Positions 39,971 through 51,223 of a stretch of 64,000 bases of DNA are shown here, one piece after another (the first letter of the stretch is position 1; each line of letters starts with the position of its first letter). Position numbers and translations under genes: made by a program. This stretch comes from Macrostomum lignano (Eukaryota), in NCBI GenBank assembly GCA_002269645.1, contig NIVC01001515.1, forward strand, positions 141,543-205,542, read 5' to 3'. The notes under the pieces are model-generated. The model saw nothing but the letters and a program-made list of their open reading frames with translations, was not told the DNA's origin and did no database searches.

Positions 39971-41385
39971 TCACAATGCCTGTGAAGGTGAATGTCTCAT
40001 TATTGGGGATTGATGGCTTATTAATCCGGAAGTAAAACCGTTAAATACCACGGCTAATGCCTTAGCAACTAATCGAAAGTAGGAACTGATAGGCCGCAAG
40101 TCTGCTGCTAGCTGGTGGAGCGCAGGGGAATGGTTTAGAATTCCGCATAAGCCTAAGCTTCACTTCGAAGCTAATGGCTGGGGGCTCTGCCTTTGCTTCC
40201 TGGCTAAGGGCAATTAGCACTGTGAGCAGCGATACACCTGACTCTCTGTATCGCATTTCGGGTCCCAGGTGGGCGCATAAGTACTCTAAGTGCAATCGCT
40301 CTCCAATATTTTGTTATTTCTTCCATTTGTCAAAACAGACAGATCTCCTAGCTCTTCTAGATATCGACTTTAGCCTTTAGTATTGCATTTGGACATTTTT
40401 TCCACGTCATTGTAACTTAAATATATCTATAACTTTGTCACGTGACTATTAAAAAGTTCAATCCCGATTGGCAGTAGCAGCGGATGCACTTTAATTAAGA
40501 AAATGCCTGCATTGGCCATGGCTTAAGCCTCGGTGTTGCAGCAGCTAGCAGGCTGCCTTCTATTGTTTGCACGCGCACACAACACGAGAGAGAGAGAGAG
40601 CGAGTCACCCAGAGCTGGGCTGTCCAAACAAGGCAGCACGAGCCAATCTCAAGTAGCGCTGAAAGTCTGCAAGGTTAGCGGAATGAATTTCAGCGGATGG
40701 CCCGCTCCATCCAGCTGCATTCAGCTACGAGAGAGGGGAGAATTCTCTTCGCCAACAAAACTGCAGAGCTGCAGAATCGAGCCAAGTGCGCGCGGACTTG
40801 AAATAGGGACAAAAGTGCACGCAGAGAAAGAGAGTGCAAGTGTTTGCCAGAGAATGGATGGGTCAGATCTAGGAGACAGACAGAGGGACCTGAAGCAGGG
40901 TGAAGAAAGTGCATTTAAGCCGCTTGTCTCTACACGAGCTGCCAATCTATAAAATCCATCGGGGTCGGTTTTGATTGCTTTTCCGCCTCTCTTCCGCAGC
41001 CAAGGACTGAATCGGTTTTGTGCTCGTCTTCTTCGAGCTGCGCCTCTGCCAGTAGCGGAACCCCCGACCCCTGGCTGTCAGCACTGATTTCTGCCGAGCT
41101 GATTTATCTCGAAATCATTCTCTTTGATTTGAAAAATGGAAGCGACTTTGGTTTGCTTTGTCGCTACCTTTTGTTTCAATCTTCATTATCCTGGCCTGCA
41201 GCCCCTGACACCAAACTCTATGTCGATTTTTCTGCCTCCTGACAATTCCAATTTCCTGTCTTGCCTTTTCTGGTGCGCCTGACTTTTCTGCTCTTTGATT
41301 CTGCTCTCTTTTTTTGTTAATCTCTGCATAGCCTGCACTTGGCGTTGTACTTTTCATAGGGAACAAATAATCTCAGCGAACTCAC

Positions 41386-41468
41386 CCGCCTTGGTGACTG
41401 CGCGCCGCTCCGCCTGATGAATCGCTGACGTCTTCAACTAGAATTTTCACCTGCCGAGCCGTGGCCAT
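41386..41468 (-). CDS. Candidate alternative first coding exon of DGK (MATARQVKILVEDVSDSSGGAARSHQG)
   Basis: ATG in good context (agaggATGG), 27 open codons, GGCGG|gtgagt donor in phase 2, the same phase as the exon 2 acceptor. Confidence 0.45.
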
Positions 41469-43119
41469 CCTCTTTGAGCTTTGGCCTTCTCCCGATAGAA
41501 GCAATTCGTAGATTGAGAGCTAAAGATGGGCGCGCGGCTTCTGGCCCATTAACACTCGGACAGTGCACTACTGGGCCAAGTTGGTGGGAATTATTAGGAT
41601 TCTATTGGTCAGGTGTGGATGCAAAGCCCTTAGCAGCGAGTTCCAGTGCGCCGCATCGCCCCAAGGGCTTAGGTACACAGAAATTACTGAGGATGTGAGC
41701 GGAGCCAGCTGGGATTTGGGAGCCGGGCGCGATAAACTGCGCTCTGAAGTGCAGTTATTTGAGGTTGAAAAATAGCTCACAGTCCCAATGGGCTGGCTAG
41801 GCTGGGGAATAAATGCCTGGGTGGGAATGAGGAGTCTCAAAGTGTGGGAAGTGGAAACTGGGGGATGCAGAATGGGAGATGCAGTTCCGGGATGCTAAGC
41901 TGAGCTGCCCCCAGCCAATGGACGACAAGATGGGGGGCTGATTTCCTCAGACACTCCCACCCCTCCCACAAGCTCCCGCAACCACCCGAGGGCGTCGACT
42001 CCCGAGGAAAGTCGCTCGGGAAAGAATGGCAACTGTCAGGCTCGGGAGGCTGCACGGGAAGCCGGCGTGAATGACGCGGCAGGAATAAGGAATCGATATT
42101 CCGGCCTGCTAGCGGCCTGCTCCAATTAGACGGTCCTCCACAGCAGACTCCATGCTCCGGTGGCCAGCCATCGCTCTGAATCTGAAATTCTATGTCGCAT
42201 TTTTCAATTTTTTTGCACGCATCGGATTTCCCGCTTCCGTGAATCTCCACGCCATTGTGCTGAGCGGATGACAGAAGGCTTTATAATTGAGCAGGCTTGC
42301 CGCGGTTTACTTTTGAGTGTTCGCGTTTGCATTGAGCACGTGAAACTGCACAAGTTAAGCGGAGTACAGGTGAATAGGCTGCTTACGTCACCCCTCACGC
42401 CACCCTAGGATGGGAGCTGCGAATCCAGCAGTGCCAGCAGTCTGTGGCCTTGGATGCGCCACACTTTGGCACACCTTGCTAAATATTTCTATACTATACA
42501 TGTAGCTCTGTTTATTCTTTATGATAGATGGAGGTTCTGTCATACCACGCGACTGCTTGCAGTCCGAGAAGAAGCTCATTATTTAACTCTAAGACCACAG
42601 GACGCTGCACTACAGACACTAAAAACAAGATGTGTCAACTCACTATAGATTTTTTCGCTAGATTCTTCACAAAAAGCCGGTTTCGCCTCAAGACTGTTTC
42701 ACTAGGCTGATTAAAGTTTTGCTCATGTCTCGAAGCGAAAAACGATTTCGGCAAAGCTAACTTGGTAAACAGAGACAAAAAAGTCCATGATGCCGAAATT
42801 AAATGCAAATGTTTTGAGAAAAGAAATTGAAAAATCGTATTCGATTTTTCTGTGCTTTATAATATGCGAATTGCTCAGGAGTAAATGCTCCTACTTGGAT
42901 TAATTGAGCAACCGCTCACTTTTCTTACGAAAAAAGATAAAGATTTATCTCAAACTTCGAGCAGACTTTCAGCCACCCGAGCTCAGTCGATTGGAGCCAT
43001 AGACAAATTGGTTATGAAATTCGGGCCTTTCCTTTTCTTTACGGTTTAAACATAGCAATCTAGGTCTGTAGATTGTAGATTGTACCATGACCTTTGTGCC
43101 CGCTGGGCACTTATTAATA

Positions 43120-43256
43120 GTACATTAATACCTATGCTTTAAGGGCGTTAATGGGAAAATCAGAGGGCGCCTAACGGCTAACGGCTAACGCCTAACGGCC
43201 TAACGGTGCCCTCTGATTTTCCCATTAACGCCCTTAAAGCATGGGTATTAATGTAC
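43120..43256. mobile_element. Small MITE or palindrome, ~52-bp arms around (ctaacgg)n
   Basis: gtacattaatacctatgctttaagggcgttaatgggaaaatcagagggcgcc is the near-perfect reverse complement of 43205-43256. Confidence 0.75.
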
Positions 43257-43799
43257 AATACTATTCCTATGCTTTAAGGGAACGAACAAGGCTCGCCTCA
43301 CAAGCAAGATATGCTAAGGTGGTAGAAAAAATGTCAACTCAATACGAAAACGCCGAGATGCTCCACCCTTGTATGCTTAAATAAAGCCAAGAATCCAGAA
43401 TGCCAAGTATGCCAGAAACTTCACACTTGCGTGAGAAAAGCGAATCAGCCTTCTGTAATCATCCTCGCTCAAAGCATCCATAGTAAATCACTACAAGTGC
43501 ACTTTTATTCGGACAGGTGCTCTTTCTGCAACAAACTCAGTCTTGCTACCAGAGCTTGAGGCCAGAGTTTACTCCGTATAGCCAGCGCCCTCTTAGCAAG
43601 CCAAGCAAATTTACTGCTGTCAAATGAGAATTCTCAATTTGGTTGGCTTAACTATTAGCTTGGCTGACCCAACCAGTACATGTATAGCATGTATCTATGG
43701 TATACCATGTAGTTTATGGTACAGTAGCAGTCGGAACTATCTAGCTTTCCCATTATAGCCCTTAAAGCCAAGTTATATGTAACGGTAATATAGCTTTTG

Positions 43800-44198
43800 T
43801 CATGCTATCTCAGCCTAGGGACATCCAAACTCAGCCAGCCCCATTCCGCAATGCGTTTTTTGGCTCGAGCTAGTCGAGTTTTACCATAGACATGCTTCTT
43901 AAGGCCATGCTATCTCAGCCTGGGACATGCAATCTCAGCCAATATAGATTTCAATTGCAAACAGATCTCAATGCTATCATTTCTGTAACGTGACATGAAA
44001 TGGCAACAAACAGCAATGAATGAACGCAGCAAGAAAAGTCAGTAAGAATCTGAAAAGTGGCTGAGATTGCATGTCCCAGGCTGAGATAGCATGGCCTTAA
44101 GAAGCATGTCTATAATAAAACTTGACTGGCTTACGTAAAAAATCGCACTGTTGAGATGGGCTGGCTGAGTTTGGATGTCTCTAGGCTGAGATAGCATG
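43800..44198. mobile_element. Foldback/MITE with ~140-bp inverted arms
   Basis: 43800-43940 is a near-complete reverse complement of 44057-44198. Confidence 0.7.
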
Positions 44199-45230
44199 AC
44201 AAATACTATACAACACCCATAAAGCATGAGTATTAATTATGTTGTACCATAGACATTCGGGGAGCTTAGCGCAGGCTCTGGTGTGCCAGCGACCCAGGCT
44301 CGATTCCAAGTGCAGTCACATTAATTTGGGGCTGAATCGGAATCTCGGCTTGGCTCTGCTCGTGGAATTAACGACCTTGAGAGCCAACCCCCCAAGGCGC
44401 AGTGAAGTGTACATGTCTAACGATAATATAAAGTTAGGGCCACTGTACACTCCTGTGTGAGTGTGTGCCTGTGCGTATGTATCCGCGCGCTTGTATGCCT
44501 GCTCAGGGGAGTCGGCGGAATGGGCAGTAATGCCTCTCGCCGGTTGTGTGCCTATGTCGCTTAAAGTGCGCCAGGGTGCACACAACCCCCTGCCTCTAAA
44601 AAAACCATAGACATTCTCGCCTAAGTTGCACTTTGAGAGTGAGAGACGGAGGAACGGGGCAGGACCCACTACCATAGACTATTTTTTGTTTTCTATAAAT
44701 AAGCGTCTACGAGCGTATCAGAAGCTTCCAGACAGTTAATGGAGTTAACTTCAAGCCTACAATTTTCTGGCGGCTAATGGAGTTTTGACCATAGAAAGCT
44801 CGTTACGAGCGTATATCAACTGTTTATCATATTTTCTCTTTTGCTCAACTAGTTGGAGTTAATGGTCTAAGCATGGTCTAAACATACTACCTGGAGAGTT
44901 CTTGAATATCATTCTTATTTGATTCAATTTCAATCAAAAATCAATCTTGCACGCTGGTGAGGGTGAGGGAAGAGGGGTAAGGAGATTGCAACTGAAAGTT
45001 ACGCTCGCAGTTGCCACTATAAAAAACTAAGAAACGGTTTCTCTAACCAACCCGTCAGTTCTTCCTCCCGAATATGGACATGGAAAGACAGAAGGAATGA
45101 CTGCTTCCCATGTTGAACGAAATCGCTGACGACGATTTAAAGAAGCTGCTAGCGACTGACCCGAGGTAGAGCGCAAGTCTGGATAAACTGGAGAGCCTTG
45201 ATCAGTGGAAGCCTGCCGGTTCCTATTCTA

Positions 45231-45759
45231 TAGCATTTTGCAGTCAAGTTTGAACTGCGGGCATTCAAATTAGACGCTTGACCAGATCTCACTGCTGGCA
45301 CAAATGCTATCTATGGCCTAGACAAAATCACACTGGTGGGCACTCAATTTAGACAAGGGGCATTCAAATTAGACAAGTTCTCAGGCGCATTGGCTGGGCA
45401 ATTCAAGATCGTGTTGCGTCTGTTGTACACTGATGATCTCTTGACATCCAACATGTTGGCAATTTCAGCCACAGAGTCACCACGTTGGCATGCCCCAATA
45501 ATGAGGTCACGCTTCTCTCTGGAAATTCTTGCATAGCGACGAATCGGATTGTCCATGGTCTTTCTCTCTGGCACACATAGACTTTCCGCTGCTTGTCTAA
45601 TTTGAATGCCCGTTGTCTAAATTGAGTGCCCGTCAGTGTGTTTCAGTTTGTGCCACAGACATAAAGTTCTGCTTGACTTGGGGACGGATTCTGAAATTTG
45701 GCTCTTCCCTTCTTGTCTAATTTGAATGCCCGCAGTTCAAACTTGACTGCAAAATGCTA
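45231..45759 (-). mobile_element. Internally deleted Tc1/mariner (IS630-Tc1-mariner) element
   Basis: 45-bp perfect TIR tagcattttgcagtcaagtttgaactgcgggcattcaaattagac, TA TSD on both sides, subterminal inverted repeats, HTH-like ORF remnant GDSVAEIANMLDVKRSSVYN. Confidence 0.85.
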
Positions 45760-45830
45760 TATTTATTCAACAAGCATTGTGGTTGCAGTCCGATCTGGAT
45801 TGCTTCGCCATCTTATGAAACTGGCACGAG

Positions 45831-46642
45831 TGGCCATAGACATTTAAGCCAGAAAAACCGACCACTGAGCACCATTTGTAATATTTTTAAATCTTGCTAA
45901 GTAAACGGCCTTTCCTACCGTTTGCTGATTTTTGATGAACTTTTATAAAGTCGGAGTGAAGTCTCGTCCCTTATATAATCAGAAATTTAGCCTATGGTCC
46001 AACCGAGCTGTATAAAGCTCGCCATTAATTCCGTGACTGCAATCTGAGGGAACTCTTAGCTTAAATCATTGCTTTAGCTTTTTTAAAAAAACTTTCGACT
46101 TCTTTCTCTAACTTGTCAAAGCAGTTCATTAATTGCTTTCAGCTTAGCTTGAGAATGTTTACCCTAAAGAATTACTAGTCATATCTGCCCAGCATTTTTA
46201 TTAAAGTTGCGTTACCTATTCTGTGGAATTTTCTGTGCAAAACCCCATCATTGCTTTGTTTGATTTGACTGCCAATTCAATCTGCCAATTCAAATCAGCA
46301 TTGTTCTAGTGACAAAGGATTTCTAAAGTAGAGTGACGAGTAAAATGAATTGAAAGCGAAAATTTGATTGATTGAAACAACAACAAAAACTGTATTGTCA
46401 AATATTCAGATTGAATTAATGTTTTTTAGACAACGCCAATTCAAATGCAGCGTTGACGCGAATTGCTAAGAGTACAATTAGGATGTCGCAAGCCCATTGT
46501 AGTAGACGCGAGTTCATTCCTTTCACTTTCGACAAATTCTACAAAATTCTACAGGTCGAAACGCACTGGAGATGAATGAAACCATGAACTGCTCGGCTGC
46601 GGTTCCGTCTGTTCTCGCTAATTGGGTGGCTGTCTATGGCCA
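45831..46642. mobile_element. Putative non-autonomous element bounded by tggccatagaca / tgtctatggcca
   Basis: 12-bp perfect inverted ends; the same motif recurs across the window. Confidence 0.5.
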
Positions 46643-46879
46643 AAATGCATTAGCACGTATCCAAGAAGCTATTAAATGTAGATAGCGTTTTACCATAGAC
46701 AAAAAGCCTGTTCCGGCCAACCAATTAGCTTCCATCCCTGCAGCCAGCCAGCTGCTATAGTCTATGGCCAAGAGACTGCATAAGTTAGGCTGCTGTTTTG
46801 ATATTTCAACTCGTTTCAGCTCCCTGCAGCATTGGCATGCGTAGCTCGAATTAAAAATTCTATAGAGAATAACTTCTAT

Positions 46880-47325
46880 CAGGGATGTCGCCATGGATTT
46901 TATGATGTTGGGCGGGGAGCAAGACAAAGAATGCTAAACAAAAAAATCCTATATCAATATGATAATTGGTGTTGTTGGGATTGACCGTGATTTCGTCTGC
47001 TAGTTTGGTTATTTCGTCTGCTATGAAAACGAAGTCACTGCGCACCATTTTTGGTTGTGATTTTTGGCGCCGCAGTCACTCATTTTAGCGCCTCAGTCAC
47101 TCATTTTAGCACCGCAGTCACTTATTTTAGCGCCTCAGGCACTCATTTTAGAGCCGCAGTCACTCATTATAGCGCCGCAGGCACTCACTTTGGCGTCCTG
47201 AAGCAGATTCTTGATTTCCATAACAAGTTACAAGGCTGGGGAACAAAGCATTAAAATGCCCCCAATGACTTTTACTTAGGGGGGGGGGGACACAGGCCCC
47301 CTGTTCCTCGCTGGCGACGCCCCTA
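46880..47325. mobile_element. hAT-like MITE containing a 21-bp tandem repeat
   Basis: Imperfect TIR cagggatgtcgcca / tggcgacgccccta; flanks acttctat and acttcaga as a degenerate 8-bp TSD; internal (gcgccgcagtcactcatttta)n. Confidence 0.45.
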
Positions 47326-47753
47326 ACTTCAGAAATTTTCACCAAACAGTTTTTTTAAACAATAGCTAGATATTAGGAATTGCATTTTGATAAAACTGTA
47401 TTCAGTGCAGAAACAGCAGTGCAAACACGAGCTCTGCTAAGCTTATGGGGGTTGTTAAAACCCTAACCTTGATAAACCTATTGTTGAAACGTTTTTGCTC
47501 GGCACTTCGCAAAAACGAGTCGATATGGTTTTTAAAAACTTTATTAAAACAAATTTACTTTGGAAGCAAGCCGATTGTTTGATTAAAATAACATTTGCAA
47601 GCAGAAAAGCGGTGCTCAAGTCAGCTGACCATCGATCCCGAGCAAACACCGGCAGTAGCCATGAGCATCAATTTGCGCACCTGCTGGTTGCCAACAAATT
47701 CTGTTGCCAAATGTTTGAACGCCGAGTTGCCAGGTGGTCAAGCAGTCCAGGTG

Positions 47754-47760
47754 CATAAAA
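47754..47760 (+). promoter_or_regulatory. TATA-like box (CATAAAA) of the ependymin-like gene
   Basis: gtgCATAAAAag ~85 nt upstream of the ATG. Confidence 0.35.
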
Positions 47761-47839
47761 AGCACCCCTGGCCAGCGACCAGAGTCCATCAAGTCCACTC
47801 GATTTCTCACTGCCGGACATCCAGACTCTCTGACTCAAG

Positions 47840-48508
47840 ATGAAGCTGCTGCTGCTGCTCACCGCCCTGGTGGCCACCGCCCTGGCCTGCGAGAACCCGC
47901 CCAGAGAGGGAGCCATCGGAGTGGCCGGTCTCGGCTACCACAACGGCACCTACCTCAAGCTGCTGGGAGGCATCGCCGGCTCCAAGGAGAAGAAGAAGGT
48001 GGCCGCCTACTTCAAGGTGAAGTCCCAGAACTACTCCGGACACCACTACACCATGTTCGACTTCGAGGCCGGCGTCGGCTACTACGCCTGGGGCACCAGC
48101 GCCGCCAACGCCCGGTGCGTGAAGATCCCCGTGAGCCACGCCAAGTACTTCCTCACCCTGTGCCCCAAGATGTGGCCGAACAACCGCGTGGTGGCCCGCT
48201 CCACCGTCACCAGCCGCAAGGTGCCCATCAGCGTGCACTGCGGCCGCATGACCAAGGGCGACCTCTCCATCAAGCTGGGCGGCGTCATCGATGACCGCTG
48301 CGTGCCGATCCTCATCAAGAAGAAGTACAGGAAGAACGGCCAGTGCTCCGGCGGTATTCTCTTCTTCTTCGGCTTCCACCAGCCCAAGGACAAGTACTTC
48401 GAGCTGCCCGAGCTGTGCGCCAGCGCCAAGTTCTACAAGCCGAAGCGCGGAGAGGGCAGAAAGCCGTGCAGCGAGAAGACCAAGGGCCTGCCGACCCCCG
48501 ACAGCTAA
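47840..48508 (+). CDS. Secreted ependymin-related (EPDR-like) protein, intronless, Lys-rich
   Basis: Signal peptide MKLLLLLTALVATALA; CxxP at the mature start, DFxxGxxY..C, CxP, and FxxPxxC spacing typical of ependymins; 8 Cys; strong GC3 bias. Confidence 0.7.
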   Translation: MKLLLLLTALVATALACENPPREGAIGVAGLGYHNGTYLKLLGGIAGSKEKKKVAAYFKVKSQNYSGHHYTMFDFEAGVGYYAWGTSAANARCVKIPVSHAKYFLTLCPKMWPNNRVVARSTVTSRKVPISVHCGRMTKGDLSIKLGGVIDDRCVPILIKKKYRKNGQCSGGILFFFGFHQPKDKYFELPELCASAKFYKPKRGEGRKPCSEKTKGLPTPDS

Positions 48509-49153
48509 ACTGCTGGACTGACCTTGGACTGGGGATTTTCCACTGCAGCAATGCTGAGTACCGGCGTATGGCTGGTTAACTAGCAGAAATACACGAGACC
48601 TGCAGCTGCGAACCGCATTTGCACCATCGTGTTGCCTGAGTTGTCTTTGCCTCATTTTGCTCATCTGAATGGCACCGTGTTGGGATGGCTTGGATTGCAA
48701 TTGAAAAAAAAACTGATCGATTTTCAAGTGTTTTTTTAATAATTGCCGTTTGACGACCCGTCAGTATATTATTGATCTTAGGGAGCTCATGCATGTAGGG
48801 ATCATTTTGATAGTTCTTGAGAAGCAATTTGAAATGGATGATTAAAACACTTAATGAAAAATTAGAAGGCTAAAAAATAAATTCCAATTCATTCACTACT
48901 GATTGATTCGTGCATTGCATGCAGTCATATCGCTGAGGCAATCACAGGCACCATTAGCGTTACGGACTTCTCCTCGGAGTCCGCAGGAGTAAACTCAAAC
49001 ACATTTCATCAGTATAGCTGTATTGCTAGCAATTGCTTTGCATTGCTGGTGTGTAAAGGCTTAAATAAGTTGGATCGGATGCTACAACTCAGATTTGCTG
49101 GGCATCGCCAAGACCGTCTTGGCAAGCGAACGCATGCAAGTTCACAGCAGTGG

Positions 49154-51223
49154 CTACACGGTGGCCTCGAAGAATCCGTCCTCCTCCTTGGTCTCGTCCT
49201 GCCGCATAATCATAGCCGCCGTCTTCGGCTCGCTACTGGTGATGAGGCCCAGATTCACACTATTGCTGGTCACCAGCTGGGTGCCCTCGACCAGCAGGAA
49301 GCTGGCGTGCAGGTTCTGCACACTTCGCATGGTCTCCTGCAGCTCACTCTTGTTGGTCTCCTGGCGCTGGCTGAACCGCGGCAGGAGCAGGATGCTGAAG
49401 ATGACGGAGCTCAGAGCGAAGAGGCCGCCGCCCACAGCGAACGGGAGCAGATACTTGGTGCTGGGGCTGTACAGTGAGGCTGCGAGCGGTGACCCTACGC
49501 AGGTACTGATTCCCCTGGCCAGAATGATGAGGCCAAAAGCGCTGGTTAGGTTGTCTAGGCCAACTAGGCGGCACAGAATCTCCGAGGTGAGGGTGATGAA
49601 GGGTCCCAGAGTGACGCCGAGCGCCGTGTAGGTGGCGATCAGCATCGGGAAGCTGGTTGAGTAGTTGAGCACCAGCACCAGGACTGCGCTGAAGAATAGC
49701 GAGACATTGTTGACGAGCAGGGGCGACACCTTCGGGTTGCCGGCGGCCCATCCGACCAGAATGCGGCTGAGGGTGTTGGCGCTGCCAAAGGCTGCATTCA
49801 GATACCTGGACTCACCGTCGGAGACTCCGGCCTCTCTGGCGAAGTCTCCGATGAAGAATAGCGGAATGTAGAAGGATAGCATGGATACCAAGTTCGCTAT
49901 CCAAGCTATTAGGAAGCCGGAGTCCTTTAACAGAGACAAATCGGTCATCAGGAGGAACGCATCACGGATGGGTTTGGGCACCCAAGCCGCAGTCTCGTCC
50001 TCAGACTCTTCTCCATCAGGCATCTTTTCCGGTTTGGCGATGGTTCTCACTGAACCTTGAGTTGACATTTCACCGGGGATTCGCGTCATTGAGATGACCA
50101 GCTGGCTCGGCGTCACTGCTGACTTTTTCCGTATTCTGGAACTCGCCAGACTCGCCACAGAGCCGGCATAGAAGATATCTTTGCGGTACAGAGGCCGCTT
50201 GAAGTCCTCAATGGCAGCCGTTGCTATGGGGTCGTCACACAACGCCTTGACGTCAAATTGGCGCGCCCGAGCAGCCTTGGCGACTTTGCAGCGGTTGCTG
50301 GCGGAGCCCGCAGGGATTTTCGTACGGTGGTCGACGAGCGCAGGCAGGGATCGCAGCACAGCTCCCACGCTTCCGCCCTCGGTGCTGGTGCTCATCTTCC
50401 TGACGCTCACAGTTGAGGCAACCAGCTCTCGGCATGCAGCCGCCTCGTCTGTGTCGTCAGGCCTGCGACCTCGCTCCACACGTGACGTGCGGCGGCGTCT
50501 CTGCTGCACCGGCTCCGGCTCGTTCGGCTTCATCAGGGCGCCAAACACGGCAGAGTTAAACACGATTCCTCCCAGAATGAGCAGGCAATTTCTCCAGCCG
50601 AAGGCCTCAGCCAGAGCTCTGGTCAGCGGCCCCATCACCATGGTGCCGATCCCCGTGCCGCAGACGGCCAGCCCCATGGCCAAAGCTCGATATTCCTCGA
50701 AGTAAAAATTGACGCAAACCATCGAGGGCAGGTAGATCAGTCCGAATCCGATGCCCCCGAGAATACCGTAAGAGAAGGTGAGAACGGCGAGGCTGGGAGC
50801 GAAGCTGCTGATCACGAAGGCAGCGGTTGCTAGCACTGCGCCCGCTATGCAGACTGGACGGCAGCCGAACTTGTTCACCAGAGCACCAGCTATTGGCCCG
50901 ATCATTTGATAGACTCCACACATCAGTGACCCGATAAGCGTCACGGACGCCTTATCAGCGTTGAAGTACTGGCAGAAGTCAACCATTAAAAATCCGAAGG
51001 AGTTTCCGATGCCGTCCACAATGCAGCTGTTCATCATGCAGGCGAAAGTCACAACCCAGGCGTAGCCTCTGTCTAGCGGCAGGGGCAGCACGTCCTCGGT
51101 ATTCACTGGCACGACCTCGAGAGCAGAGGCCTGCTCGTCCGCCGTCTCCGGCGCCGCCTTGTTGATCATCAGGCCGATTGCCTCATCGGACACTGCCCGC
51201 CTGTTGTTGTCTTGTGACTCCAT
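49154..51223 (-). CDS. SLC16: Monocarboxylate transporter (SLC16/MCT, MFS), intronless, 689 aa
   Basis: LDRGYAWVVTFA (PDGGWGW-like), GPIAGALVNKFGCR, GFGLIYLP, YFEEYRALAMG, large central loop, two sets of six hydrophobic segments. Confidence 0.92.
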   Translation of the reverse strand: MESQDNNRRAVSDEAIGLMINKAAPETADEQASALEVVPVNTEDVLPLPLDRGYAWVVTFACMMNSCIVDGIGNSFGFLMVDFCQYFNADKASVTLIGSLMCGVYQMIGPIAGALVNKFGCRPVCIAGAVLATAAFVISSFAPSLAVLTFSYGILGGIGFGLIYLPSMVCVNFYFEEYRALAMGLAVCGTGIGTMVMGPLTRALAEAFGWRNCLLILGGIVFNSAVFGALMKPNEPEPVQQRRRRTSRVERGRRPDDTDEAAACRELVASTVSVRKMSTSTEGGSVGAVLRSLPALVDHRTKIPAGSASNRCKVAKAARARQFDVKALCDDPIATAAIEDFKRPLYRKDIFYAGSVASLASSRIRKKSAVTPSQLVISMTRIPGEMSTQGSVRTIAKPEKMPDGEESEDETAAWVPKPIRDAFLLMTDLSLLKDSGFLIAWIANLVSMLSFYIPLFFIGDFAREAGVSDGESRYLNAAFGSANTLSRILVGWAAGNPKVSPLLVNNVSLFFSAVLVLVLNYSTSFPMLIATYTALGVTLGPFITLTSEILCRLVGLDNLTSAFGLIILARGISTCVGSPLAASLYSPSTKYLLPFAVGGGLFALSSVIFSILLLPRFSQRQETNKSELQETMRSVQNLHASFLLVEGTQLVTSNSVNLGLITSSEPKTAAMIMRQDETKEEDGFFEATV

